A DNA stretch of 64,000 bases from Octopus vulgaris (Eukaryota), in the NCBI GenBank assembly GCA_951406725.2, contig OX597836.1:46686001-46750000 (forward strand), in the 5' to 3' direction. Positions 39,467-54,027 of this stretch are shown one piece after another (within the stretch, counting starts at the first letter, position 1; each line of letters opens with the position of its first letter). Under the pieces are notes generated by a model, which was not told the origin of the DNA, searched no databases, and was given only the letters and a program-made list of their open reading frames with translations. The position numbers and the translations under genes are program-made.

Positions 39467-40559
39467 AAAGCATGGTGCATGCTACCAAACCATCAATCCT
39501 GTTTGTATATACTTACACACTCGTGTGCATATATGTATACACAAACACACACAAACACATATATATATATATATATACACTATGTTGATACACATAACAT
39601 TTACATGTACCTGTAAACATCAAGCCCAGCCTAAACACCCTCTCACCCTCAACTCTTCAAAAACCCTCCACAACCACACAACCGGGGTAATGTCATCAGC
39701 TCTGTTGACTGAAGACAGAAATTACAGACAAGTGTAATCGGTAAATTGGAGTCTCTCAACAAAGGACTAAAATACCTCTCCTCTACTGCATTCCAGTGTT
39801 GGACTGTTTCAGCATTAACGCAGGTTGGTGTAAATACGGATTCACCAACATCCTCAGCCTAGAAATCTGTTCCTCTTCACATTTGAACAGAAATATTTGC
39901 AGAGATTCGTTGCTTATTTGTTTTAGCAAAGAATCTAGGAAGGGAATATTTCAAAGTCAATTTCAAATATTGATATAGTGTCTTTCTGGTTAACTCACTC
40001 TGACCCCGGTATTTGCTGAGAGCAGACTTAGTTCATGTCCCCTAAAATATTGTACTACGCCCCACTTCCATTGTCAGATAATCTCTAGACTGAGTAGATG
40101 TTGACTCTCTACTTGACTTTAACAGCTGAAGGTTGAGCAGTGGTGGGCGTGGGAGGACACACTGAAAATAGAAAGGATTGAGAGGGGCAGTTGGTACGTT
40201 TGCTATGAGTTGCTTGGGGGTATATATTCTTTTACTCTATTATTTGTTTCAGTCCTTAGACTGTGGCCATGCTGGGGTCCCACGCTGAAGAGTTTTTAGT
40301 CAAATGAACCAACCCTAGTACTTTATTTTTAAGCCTGGTACTTGTTCTGTTGAGCTGCTAAGTTATTGGGATGTAAACAAGCCAACACACACACATACAC
40401 ACACACATGACAGGCTTCTTTCAGTTTCCATCTACAAAATCTACTCATAATGCTTTGGGGTTATAATAGGAGACACTTGCCCAAGGTGCCACACTGTGGG
40501 ACTGAACCTAGAACCATGTGGTTGGGAAGCAAACTTCTTACTGTACAGCTGTGTCTGTT

Positions 40560-40617
<58 letters not shown>

Positions 40618-41600
40618 TACACACATGTAGATACATACATACACAAATGCACACAAACAGCCCTAGCAAAAACATTGGGAGGACCACAATTTCTGCTCAA
40701 GTACTCAATAACATACAAATGACTGTAGAGATTTGTTTATTCAAATAATGGCATTTACAAGACTAGCTGCATTTCTTTTGACTTTTGAGATCAAATCCTT
40801 ATATATGTGTGTATGTGTGAGTTTGTATGAGTGCATGTATGTGCATGTGTGTGTGTGTGTGTATTTTAGGATGTTTTAGGAACCTGCCAGGATCTGAAAC
40901 TTTTTTTAAATATTTGTCTCAAAACTACCTGTTTTACCTAAGTGGAAGTGAGAATGACCTTTAAGACCATTAACTTGTGTCTGTGAAGGCACTGAGGATT
41001 GAACCTTTAATGATTTGTTTGAAAGTCATTCAGTTGCCTCTTTTGCCCTCCTACACTTTTACTGTGCCATAACCACACATGACGAATAGGTGACAATCAA
41101 TGACCTCACCAGAATGACATCACCAGACTTAATTTTCTTTTTAGAAGATCAATCCACAGCCCTTTATATATCATCATGACAGGCTTAAAGCCAAATGTCT
41201 GAAGTGCATCCAACAAGATCCACCTTTTTGATCCTTATACTGAAAGTATCAGCTCCCAATTTCATTACAGTCACAAAAACAGGGCACGTGTTTTGGTGTT
41301 TTTACCATGGCTGGTTACAACTTGCTTTGTAAAGACAGAATTAATCATTGTTGAGTTGGTGTGATGGTCCACATTCATTCAAACTTTTCAACAATTCCTT
41401 GTGATGATCTGAACCAATCACAACAAAAGGTATTTTTCTGTGATATAAGCATAGGTATGTCAACACTTCAACTACCATCAACAGTTTTTGATATCCTCAA
41501 TGCAGAGCCTAGGAAAAAGCCATTTATGTTTCCATTGCTGGTGATTTCAATTATCCTAAGATTGATTGGGAAATCTTTTGTTGGCTGCAAAGTACAAATC

Positions 41601-41944
41601 CTGTTGTGTCTGGGGAGAGTCATTTTCTTTTTGTGCCTTATAATTTAACACACCCACCAGGAAAATTTCCAATTATTTTTTCCTTATTTTTATTTTCCAA
41701 AAATTTCCGTTGCATCTTGCAACCTTTTCAACAGTTTTGAAGGGTTCAAAACTATTGAAAAAGTTGCAAGATGCAACGAACATTTTAGGAAAATAAAAAT
41801 AAGAAATAAGTGGAAATTTTACCGGTGAGTGTGTTAAATTATAAGGTACCAAAAGAGAATGACTCTCCCCAGACACAACAGAATATGCTTCAACACACGA
41901 ACTCACATAAAGAATCTTGCAAGCCAAATCCAAAAACGAAATAT
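41601..41944. mobile_element. Fold-back insertion (about 140-bp inverted arms plus 60-bp unique tail) with 12-bp TSD
   Basis: TSD AAAGTACAAATC at 41589-41600 and 41945-41956; hairpin loop GGG at 41742-41744. Confidence 0.85.
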
Positions 41945-42154
41945 AAAGTACAAATCATTTTCTTGATTAGTGCTGGATTCGAGCTGGTCCCAAGAAGTCA
42001 CCTCCTCTACAAGGGGTAGTAACACTTTAGATCCACTCTTTACCATTACACCTGAAATGGTCCCTACCGAAGAACCTTTACACAACTGTGATCATGCTGT
42101 GATCACTGACAATCTGTATCATATGGGTATTATCTGTATTATTATACAATCTGT

Positions 42155-42498
42155 ATCAGAGACCTCCTTCGGTCACGACACAGACCATGGGATTGCACCT
42201 AGAAAGTTACCCTCCTAGACACAAGTCCGGGCGAGGTTGTTTATGGAAGACCAGCAGTCGCCCATGCATACCAGCCTCCCCTCTCCACACCACCAGTGTT
42301 ATCCAAGGGAAAGGCAAAGGGGCCAATACAGCTTAGCACTAGTGACATCGCAACTCATTTCTACAGCTGAGTGAACTGGAGCAACGTGAAATAAAGTGCC
42401 TTGCTCAAGAACACAACACGCAGCCCAGTCCGGGATTCGAGCTCACAACCTCACGATCGTTTGCTCGACGCTCTAACCACTGAGCCATGTGCCTTCAC
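42155..42498 (-). mobile_element. CORE-type tRNA SINE related to family D
   Basis: Minus strand TGGCTCAGTGG...GAGCTCGAATCCC...GTTCTTGAGCAAGGCACTTTATTTCAC. Confidence 0.75.
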
Positions 42499-43787
42499 AT
42501 GTCTCTCTCTATATATAAACGGCAAAATGTCTGCGTGCGTGTCCTTTATACAAATCCACAATTTTTCAGTTAGAGGGCTCGCACTTTCTATGGTCATTCA
42601 AAATCATTGCTGGGTCAAAGTGCTAGTTATATTATTAAAACCCATCACCACCTCAAATTGCTTGCTTTGACTGAAACAAAGCAGACTGACACTCTCACTG
42701 CTTAGAGCTACAATGCCCAAACTGGTTTGAATTTCACGATTTTGGAAATGTCAATTCTGTATTTCAGAAGATCTTCAATTCAATCTAGGCAACATGTGAA
42801 GCATCTAAAACATTAAAAATTCCATAAGTGCAATTTGGGAGACTTCAGCAGCAGTTCAACTTGCCAGGAAAGAACATTGTGATGCTGAACAGGTATACAG
42901 ACCACTTATCTGCTTTTCAAACATGGTGGGTTCTTTCTTCTGCTCTAGCTTTCGTTCTTTTGCCAATTCTACTTTAATAACTGTGTTGTTTTGGAGTAAT
43001 GGAAAATCGCCAGTGTTGTTCCCTTTTTGCCTTGTTAAAAATGGGTGATCCCATATCATCTGTCAACTGCCATCCAGTCAGTCTCATTAGCTGCATCAGC
43101 AAAGTGATGGGCTCCCATATCAGAGAAGCACTCTAAAACTTCTGGAACCCTCACAACTTAGATTTATTCCCAACTCCAACTACTGTGGCTAACACATGGA
43201 GTTTCTAGCAGATATATCTGAATCACTGATGGCAACTCAGGGTGGATGTTCTTTATCTTGACTTTGGCCTTCAATTCTATGCCAAACAGAAGATTTACAA
43301 CAAAACTCTCAGCAATGGGTGTGAGGGATGATCTTTATAACTGGTTGAAGCCTGTCGTTTTCAGTCAAAAACAGGTAGTCACTGCATTCTGCACCCTATG
43401 AGAGGACATCTGGTGTGACAGAGGGATCTGTTCTTGGAACCCTGTCGTTTGTTGCATATATTAATGACATTGATGCCTATTTAAAGAATGATACAATGTT
43501 GAAATATGCAGATGCCATCAAGTTGTAACTTGAGATAAAACAAACAGATCCGATAAGGCTATAAATCTGTCCTGCTTTCCAGACCTGAACACAGTGCAGC
43601 AATGGATTATTGACTGACAACTCAAGCTGGCTGTGGACAAATGCATTACCATACATTTTGGAAGGAAAATTCCAGCTTTTACATACTCTGTCCACAACAC
43701 CAATCTTAAGAATGTGCTAGTGAATGTACCGAAGGTGGCACGCAGTGGAACTGAATCTGGAACCATATGGTCGGAAAGCAAGCTTCT

Positions 43788-44020
43788 TATTTCTTTATTG
43801 CCCACAAGGGGCTAAACACAGAGGGGACAAACAAGTACAGACAAAGGGATTAAGTCGATTACATCAACCCCAGTGCGTAACTGGTACTTAATTTATCGAC
43901 CCAGAAAGGATGAAAGGCAAAGTCGACCTCAGCGGAATTTGAACTCAGAATGTAGCAGCAGACGAAATACCGCAAAGCATTTTGCCCGGCGTGCTAACGT
44001 TTCTGCCAGCTTGCCACCCT
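43788..44020 (-). mobile_element. SINE family B nested in a family-A head
   Basis: Family-B match; AAGCTTCTTA is repeated on both sides. Confidence 0.75.
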
Positions 44021-45820
44021 CTAAGCTTCTTACCACACAGCCACTCCTGCACTTGGTTTCCTTTTCTAGTCAATAATATAGGACAGCTGCTATGTAAAGA
44101 AGAGCTATAAATTGGAGAAGGAAGTTAGGTATGTCTTCTCTGAGAAGACACATATGAAACGGTCCCACATATATCAACAGCTCAGAAAGAATGCATTGTC
44201 AACTGCAATTTGTGTTGGACAGACCACATTTCTAAAACTGACAAGAAGGCTGAGGGTGTCTTGGCATCCCTCAGTATGACCTCAGTATGACCTTTGTCTG
44301 CCATTCTCCAGCTATCTATTTAAAGTTGTATGTGGCTATGAAACATTCACACTTAGATCTTGTATCACCAGTCTTGCAACCCTTATCTTGCTCAAAATGT
44401 CAATTTCCTGTAAACTGTCAAGAAATGTGCAACCAAACAAATACCCACCATCAGGTATTTACCATACCCCGAACAGCTTGCATTCCTGGGCACGGGTACA
44501 TTAAAGTTCCAACATTTAGCAACTGTTTTGGTAGACACCCACAAGATGATCCACCATTTTTCCAGCAACAACCTTGGGCCCCTTTTGAAATTCCATGTCT
44601 AACACATAAGTGGACACGCTAACAAAATCAGAAAGCAGTACCCATGACTTTCAGAAACAATGGGGGTAGTTTATTCCATTGCTGAAGCATGGAATAAACT
44701 ACCCCCATCAGTTGTCAGCTATTGGGACATTACATCCTTCAGAATTGCCATGCTTCCTGAAATTTGCAACAGTACACCTAATGTTCTCCCACCTTTTTGG
44801 GGGGGATTCATTCACTGTTCACTTTCCCATCGTTTCTTGTGCATTATTCTATGCACTATACATGCATTTTTAGCTACTTTTTCTGATGAGTTGAAGTGCA
44901 CCTGAGCACTGAATAACAGAAATTGAACCTATGCCACAGATGTTATTTGCCAAGTGATTAACATCGACTTTATGGTAGTAATTAAAAGAAAGGTGTAAGC
45001 TTTGTAACCATCTGCTGCATTACCTAACCATTTTAAACTTTCTATTTATCTGAAGATCTTCAAATAACAATTCCATTGATTTGGTATTTCCATTTGTGAT
45101 GGAATCTATTACACGTGCAGACACTAACATCTGTTTATTATACACAGAGAATACACCATCCTCTCTGACCGTCTCTTTGTATCTCCGTGAGTAAATATTA
45201 TTTCGCAGTTTTGTCAATGCCACAGCAATCTTCTGTTGTGATACTGGAACATTAAATATGATATTTAATTGTCCTTGCAGACATTTCCATTAATGTTCTT
45301 CCTTGTTACAACTTTCACAAAATACTTTCGGTATTTTCTCAGCTTTCTTCCTTTGTTCCTACATATAATTCCCACACATTTTCACCACTGAATACAGAGC
45401 TATTTAATTCTCCCCCACCTCTCTTTCTCTCCCCTCTCTCTCACAGTGTGTGTGTGTGTATGGGAGAGAGACAATATAAACACACAAACACACTTGGCAC
45501 ACTCACATAGTATGAGTCTATGTTATATTGAACAGCATGTGTTGAAACATTGTAATTTTAAAAATTCAGACTTCAACAATTATATTCGGCTGTCTTTGTT
45601 GTAGTCACAATTCTCTGAAATTCTTCACTTTTTGCTTGTATCAAAACTCCTGATCACCACAGTCCTTTTCAAACACACACACACATTACAAAGACTTACT
45701 GTGGGGGGAAATAAAAATGTAAACACATTCTTTGTACGCTGTTGATATGTGGGGAAAATAAGGAGTTTCCTGATGGACCATTTCAAGTCTGTCTTTTCCT
45801 CAGAAAAAGATATTCTTTTC

Positions 45821-46040
45821 ATTATTTACATTATTTACATTTGATGGATATTTGTCCTCATCTTGTTTGTTGTTAACACAACGTTTCGTCTGATATACCC
45901 TTACAGCCTTCCTCAAGTGTCTTGGGGAAATTTCGAACCTGGGTTCTCATTCCTAAGGTATTTTTAAAAATAATAATAATAATAATAATAATAATGATAA
46001 TAATAATAATAATAACAATAATAACAGTAATAATAATAGT

Positions 46041-46096
<56 letters not shown>

Positions 46097-46265
46097 CGAA
46101 AAATACCTTAGGAATGAGAATCCAGATTCAAAATTTCCCCAAGACACCTGATGAAGGCTGGAGGTTATATCAGCCGAAACGTTGTGTTAACAACAAACAA
46201 GATGAGGACAAATATCCGTCAAATGTAAATAATGTAAATAATTCCTCTTCTCTTAAATACAGAAC
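45821..46265. mobile_element. Fold-back element: inverted arms of about 145 bp flanking an (AAT)n/(AAC)n microsatellite
   Basis: 45821-45965 is the near reverse complement of 46099-46242. Confidence 0.88.
46143..46188 (+). ncRNA. Minimal type I hammerhead ribozyme motif, PLE type
   Basis: Stem I GACAC/GTGTT; CTGATGA plus one extra A; stem II GGCTG/CAGCC; GAAA; palindromic ACGT stem III; GUU triplet. Confidence 0.65.
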
Positions 46266-46271
46266 ACATAT

Positions 46272-46645
46272 TCTTTTATTCTTTTATTGCTTCAGTCATT
46301 TGACTGTGGCCATGCTAGAGCACTGCCTTTAGTCGAGCAAATCGACCCCAGGACTTATTCTTTGTAAACCTAGTACTTATCTTATCGGTCTCTTTTGCCG
46401 AACCACCAAGTTATGGAGATGTTAAAACATCAACATTGGTTGTCAAGTGATGGTGGGGGGATAAGCACGCACACACACACATATGATGAGCTTCTTTCAG
46501 TTTCCGTCTACCATATCCACTCCCAAGGCTTAAGTCGGGCTGAGGCTATAGAAGAAGACACTTGTCCAAGGTGCCATGTGGTGGAACTGAACCCAGAACC
46601 ATGTGGTTGGGAAGCAAGCTACTTACCACACAGCCACTCCTGCAC
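46272..46645 (-). mobile_element. SINE family A, diverged
   Basis: Reverse complement of family A. Confidence 0.8.
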
Positions 46646-46941
46646 CTGGCTTCCTTCTCGAGTCAATAACATAGGACAGCTGCTATATAAAGAAGAACTA
46701 TTGATTGGAGAAGGAAGCTGGGTTTGTCTTCTCCAAAAAGACATACTTGTAGAAACAGTCCATCAGGAAACTTCCTATCTTCCCACAGATATCAACAGCT
46801 CGGAAAGAATGCATTTCAGTTTTTATTTCTTCCCCAGGGAGTTTTCATAATGTCCATAAATCGTGTCTTTATCAACAAACCACAAAATGGTCTGCCAGGA
46901 GACTCTCTGTGTTTAAATTCTTATTTAATACACAGTGAAAC

Positions 46942-46977
<36 letters not shown>

Positions 46978-47151
46978 GTTTAATGTCCGTTTTCCGTGCT
47001 AGCATGGGTTGGATGGTTCGACCGGGGTCTGGCAAGCCAGAAGGCTGCACCAGGTCCCTCCTTCTTTCCTTCTTTCCTGAGCGTCCAATAATACTATATT
47101 TGTTCCACGTCCTCGCGTTGTAGTGTTTTTTGTGTTTTCTTGTTTGGATTA

Positions 47152-47376
<225 letters not shown>

Positions 47377-47702
47377 CATATATACACATATTGATACACA
47401 CACACACATATACGTATAAACATATACACATATATGCATATAAATGTAAGTGTATGTGGTTATGCATGTGTGTTTAGCACTGAAAGGAATGGTGCATCCT
47501 TGAGAAAAACGAATTTGATTTTTGAAATCTGCATCCTAAAGAGAAGATTGTCTGTAAATAATAATAAAAAAAAGTATAATTTGCCATAAGAAATAATTCA
47601 ATTTTTAGCTTGACAACTCTATTCTCTATCTGTCACCATCAATTGCTCTCAGTTATCTACCACACAGTTATTTACTTTCTATATATATTATATGTATGTA
47701 TG

Positions 47703-47738
<36 letters not shown>

Positions 47739-48184
47739 TGTATGTATGTATGTATGTATGTATGTATATATATGTATGTAGGTATGTATGTATATATATA
47801 TAAATGGTTTTTTTCAATGGCGGCCCATTTTCGCGGGGTTCCACTATTTCCCTTCTCTCTCTCCCTCTTTTACGTTGTCTGCCATCCCCCCTCTTCCTTT
47901 GCTAAGAGCATTTTTAAGCCAGCCCGTCATATTCCCGGTGCACCCGCCCTTGCCCACCCCCACCACCAATACCGGATATCTCTATATTTTTGCTCCATCT
48001 ATACCGGATGTCGCTTCTCCCACCACCATTATAGGTGTCTACTCTTCGAACCCCCTCTTCAATACGCTATTTTCAACATGCATTACCCCTCTCTTGATAT
48101 CCTACGTTCTACTTGCCTAGAACCTGTCATCATTTCTCTGAACCACCCCTCCCCACTGGTGCTCCCCTATATTCCCCCCCCCCC

Positions 48185-48527
<343 letters not shown>

Positions 48528-48636
48528 TGATGATATATATATACATATATACATATACATATATACATATACACACACATACATATATATATATATATAC
48601 ACACATACATATATATATACACATATATATACATAG

Positions 48637-48693
<57 letters not shown>

Positions 48694-48700
48694 TTTATAT

Positions 48701-48735
<35 letters not shown>

Positions 48736-48970
48736 ATACATATATAGGTATATATGTGTATATATATATATGTATGTATATATATGTGTGTATATATATG
48801 TTTGGTGCCCCAGCATGGCTGCGGCCTTCAGGCTAAAGCATTTATAAGGATTTAAGGATATATATATGTATATATATATACATATATATATAAGTATATA
48901 TGTTTATATATTTGTATATATATGTACAAATATATATATACATGTATATATATATGAATATGTATGTATG

Positions 48971-49024
<54 letters not shown>

Positions 49025-49288
49025 TATTTATATATATGTATGTATACATATATATAAACATACATATACATACATACATACATACATACATACATACTTC
49101 CATACATATATCTATAAATGAAGTGGTGAATTGAGGTAAGCATATGAGTTTTCAAAGTATAATTTATATGACCAGAATTTGCTACAAATGTGATTAAATT
49201 ATTTGATATCACAACATATAATTATATATTCAATTCCAAACACAGCGAGAGTAGATAGTTGTGTTTTATTCACTAACTGCAGCCTTTG

Positions 49289-49331
<43 letters not shown>

Positions 49332-49812
49332 GATTCTCCACTGTAGCTTGCAGTGCAATTTACAACCGTAGTCATTTGTTGATTTGAAATGGTAAATTCC
49401 ACTCCATCTACAGGAAATTTGCCATTACAAAACAACAAATGACTTCAGTTGTAAATTATAAGTTGTAAACAGACACACACACACACACACACACAAAGTG
49501 GTGAGTTGAGGTAAGCATATGTGTTTTTTAAGTTTCTTTATTGGCCACACAGGGCTGCACACAGATGGGACAAGTTACAAGGTAGAGCTTTTCTTTTGGG
49601 GGATGAAAAAAACAAAAAACAAAAAAAAAACAAAAAAAGGTGGCGTAGGTTTTCGATCAAAAGGGATCGTAAAAGGGAAAAAAAAGAACAAAAAAAAAAA
49701 TTAAAAAAATAAAATTAAAAAAAGAAAAGAAAAAAAGAAAAAAAAAAGTACAAATGGGATTCCATTATTTGACATTACAACATTTAAATAATGTATTTAT
49801 TTCAAAACATAG

Positions 49813-49870
<58 letters not shown>

Positions 49871-50374
49871 ATGTACCGAATGAGAGACAGAGAGAGAATA
49901 AATAGATTGTGTATCAAACGTGTTTGTATTTCTGCTCTACATTTCTTCACTTCAAGGTTGCTTATATTTGCTGGGTTATTTATGAATATATGTATTTTTT
50001 GCATGTATACACCATTATCCCCTGCAAACAGAGTGGCCACATTAAGAAAAGTCGTTGCAACAATCCCATAAGAGAGAAACTTCATCTTTCACACAAAAAT
50101 CCAGTTGAAGGGAAGAAAGAGAAATAGACATTTCCTCAAGTTATCTCCCTTCTTATAGCCTCTTCTATTACAGTTTAAGCTGAGAGAAGTCGTCCAGCTT
50201 TGGTTGATCCGTGACTGTCAAACTAAATAAAAATAATTTTATATTTTATATTGTGAGTTCAAATCGCTGCCAGTACGGCCTTTATCTTTCGAACTCTTAT
50301 TTTGTTAGTTTTGTTTAGCCCCGGGTCAGACCTGGTAGTTAATAACACCCCAGCTATGAGTATCTTTCTTGTAT

Positions 50375-50770
50375 ATTCTTTTCTACTCTAGGTACAAAGC
50401 CCAGAATTTTAGGGAGGGGGCCAGTCCATTAGATCGACCCTAGTACGCAACTGGTACTCAATTTATCGACCACAAAAAGGATGAAAGGCAAAGTCGACCT
50501 CAATGGAATTTGAACTCAAGACGTAAAGACAGATGAAATACATATTTCTTTACTAACCACAAGGGACTAAACACAGAGAGGACAAACAAGGACAGACAAA
50601 CCGATTAAGTCGATCATATCGACCCCAGTGCGTAACTGGTACTTATTCAATCAACCCCGAAAGGATGAAAGGCAAAGTCAACCTCGGCGGAATTTGAACT
50701 CAGAACGTAACGGCAGACAAAATACTGCTAAGCATTTCGCCTGGCATGCTAACGATTCTGCCTGCTCACC
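50375..50770 (-). mobile_element. SINE family B, dimeric
   Basis: Reverse complement of 32757-33152. Confidence 0.8.
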
Positions 50771-51344
50771 ACCTTTCTATCTTGTATTTAAGAACTATTA
50801 CATATCCTTCAAGACAATAGTGGTGTAATTTGAGGGAGATTTGGTTGTTATTTCTAATAAGTCATGTGACCACATTGGGGCCTCCTTATTGGCTGAAATA
50901 TCACTGTTATAACAATCGTCCTTCAAATGCCTTGTTCCTATGGTTGATATCAATATTATTTTGACTAACAATTTATTGAACAATATTGAAAACAAGTACC
51001 AGTTAAATATTGGGGGACGGGGCTCGATGTTATCGACTCATCTGCTCCTCAAAATTTGTTAGCCTCACAGCAAAATTTGAACCCAATATTAATCTATCTA
51101 TGATACGTCTCTTAGGAAATGTATACTTTAATTAATAATTTAACAAAATAAATCACTGAGTTTAATTAATTAGCAAAACCTCTACTACATGTATTGAGTA
51201 CTTCATGTCTTGTTTTGTATACATGCATGCATACACACACATGGTCAACACTGCTGTTAAGTCTATGTACTTACCTGTTGTTATGGCAAGATGATGTAAT
51301 TATATTTTCCTACATACTTATTTTATTCATTAACAGCAACCTCT

Positions 51345-51388
<44 letters not shown>

Positions 51389-52218
51389 TGGTATAATTCT
51401 TCACTGTAACCAGCAGAACAATTTACAAATGGGGTCATTTGTTGACTTTTAATGGTAAATTCTATTCCACTTACAGGAAATTTGCCCTGGAGTCCTATCC
51501 AGGTTTACATTTATCTCTCATCTCTGGCAACTGAAGATAAAACCCAGCTAAGTGGACAAGGATTAACCCTGATATGAAACAATAAATTATTTCATACATT
51601 GAAGCAAATCCACATAACATAACACACAAAATACTGCTAAGCATTTTGCCCAGCATGCTAACAATTCTGCCAGCTCCCCAACTTAAACAAACAGCAACAA
51701 TATCAGAGACACAGGCAGTTAGATGTTTGTTAGAGTAGAAAGAGTGGTAGATAGATAGGAATACATTAGAGATAGTGGCACTTGGAGAGATGTATGTTAG
51801 AGGAGGCAGAGTAGAATCAGTAACAATACAACTGCACATAATAGTAAAATGTAAGTAAAAATGAAACAAACTATGAATTTTATTTACAAGAGCCAGGAAG
51901 AACTTTAATAAAATAAGGTGACTTTGATGAGTGAGATATGTTCTGGGGAGATAAGGGTAAGTTTACTTGATCATTGAGTGAAAGGACCAGTTTTGATGGG
52001 GGATAAGCTTGCTTTGTCAGGGTTGAGCTGATTTACAAAAACAACCTATAAAAAAACCTTACAAAAAACTCTTACAAAAACAAATGATTGTGGAAACAGC
52101 AGTTGAAGCAGAGTATATGTGAATTCGATGTGGCCTCATCTGCCTGATGGGTAGAATGTAAATCTGTGGGACATTCAATTCTGTATCCTTCAATAGGCAG
52201 AAAGATAAGATCACTTAC

Positions 52219-52379
52219 CTGGTCCTTCATAATTCTTTTTGAACTCATCATTAATCGCAGTCCGGTTGACTTTTTCCAAAGGGCTCCGGGCCTCTGGAGA
52301 CTGGCACTGAAGTACAATCTGTGCTGGGATGTGGATTACTGGGAGGGTCTTAGAACGCTGCAGGGTACGTCCTTTAATT
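52219..52379 (-). other. Candidate internal exon (161 nt) with one open frame IKGRTLQRSKTLPVIHIP...NYEGP
   Basis: Strong acceptor CTTTTTATCTTTTGCAG|A and consensus donor CAG|GTAAGT; GC-richer than flanks; protein not recognised. Confidence 0.55.
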
Positions 52380-52497
52380 CTGCAAAAGATAAAAAGGTAC
52401 ATATAGACTTTATTTGCTGTGAAGGGGTTGCAAAATCGATGACAAGGGTGGGCCAGAAAGAAAGAGACAAAAAATACGAGAGTGAATGAGATTTGTA

Positions 52498-52745
52498 TCA
52501 TCATCATCCTCATCATTTAGCGTCCGCTTTCCATGTTAGCATGGGTTGGACGGTTCAACTGGGGTCTGGGAAGCCAGAAGGCTGCATCAGGCCCAGTCTG
52601 ATCTGGCAGTGTTTCTACAGCTGGATGCCCTTCCTAACGCCAACCACTCCGTGAGTGTAGTGGGTGCTCTTTACGTGCCACCCGCACAGGTGCCAGACGG
52701 AGCTGGCAAACGGCCACGGACGGATGGTGCTTTTTACGTGCCACG
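52498..52745 (-). mobile_element. RTE 3'-end fragment (family C)
   Basis: Family match. Confidence 0.8.
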
Positions 52746-53065
52746 ATGACACAAAGAAATATCTAAATGGGCTGAGCATAAATACTGGCCATGAAAGTTG
52801 GAAATATATGCATATGTGTGTGTGTGTGTGTGTGTCTATGGTTTGTACAAAGCATTGGGCTGGTTTCCCAGTTTCTCAGGCATATATATTCCTCCCTGGA
52901 TAGGATGCTGGTCCGTTACAGGATCACACATGTTGAACAGCTGAGTTGACTGGAGCAACATAAAAGGAAGCGTTTTGCTCAAGAACACAACACAGCATAT
53001 GATCCAGTAATCACAATCATCTTATGTTCATGGGTCCAACACCCTAACCATTAAGCCATTTACCT

Positions 53066-53119
<54 letters not shown>

Positions 53120-53794
53120 CAAATTTCTAAATAGCTTCTGTCTACCAAATTCCATTACAAGGTATTTGACAAAATACACACACACACGTGTTTTTATTAA
53201 TGATTTCTCCCCACTCCACCCATATTTAGTCCTTTCTGTTTAGCTTGGAACAATAATATTCCAAAATTTATCAAGATTTCCAAACCTTCTCAGTTTTAAC
53301 TTCCAAATGACCCCAGTACTGTTCTTGTTGCATTTTCTAGTCAGCAGCAAAGGATCATGGTAATGTTATTAATAATTTCATCATTGCCAGATTTTAAATC
53401 TTAGACTAATTAGTTTCATCCTCATTATAGCTTATTATATGTGTACTGTGTTGTAGTTTGTATTTTGGTAACAAAAGGCCTCTTTTTCAGAGTGAAAGAC
53501 AAATTTATGATGCTTTTGTACAAACAGCAATGTTATTTAGTTGTGAAACCCAGGCTGTGGGTACAGAAGACATGGCAAAGACTAGACAAAAATGAAACTA
53601 GCATGTTGCACAGGATGACAAAATATGAGTTGAGAGAGAAAAATTGGGCCTAAGGAGCATTCAGTGTGGTGTGCAGGAAAGGAGATTGTGTTAGTTTGGT
53701 CAGGTAATGCAGATGGATGAGGACAGCTGCATATAGATGTGGATGGAACATGTGGAAGAAGGAGAGCCAGAAAGATAAAGGGTGAAGTAGTAAA

Positions 53795-54027
53795 GGCAGC
53801 AAGCTGGCAGAAACATTAGCACACCGGGTGAAATGCTTAGCGGTATTTCGTCTGCCATTACATTCTGAGTTCAAATTCCACCGAGGTCGACTTTGCCTTT
53901 CATCCTTTCGGGGTCAATTAAATAAGTACCAGTTACACACTGGGGTCGATGTAATCGACTTAATACATATGTCTGTCCTTGTTTGTTCCCTCTGTGGTTG
54001 GCCCCTTGTGGGCAATAAAGAAATAAG
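53795..54027 (+). mobile_element. SINE family B
   Basis: Family match. Confidence 0.8.

Larger units (their letters stand above)
41050..44920 (+). pseudogene. Fragmented CR1/L2-group LINE (AP endonuclease plus reverse transcriptase) with nested insertions
   Basis: AGYNLLCKDR (41310), IAGDFNYPKIDW (41535), TRGSNTLD...CDHAVI (about 42010-42105), GVTEGSVLGTLSFVAYINDID...KYADAIKL (43410-43525). Confidence 0.8.

Noticed and set aside
45765-45808. Minus-strand CUGAGGA...GAAA...GUC hammerhead-like string
   Set aside because: No stem I pairing and only a 3-bp stem II.
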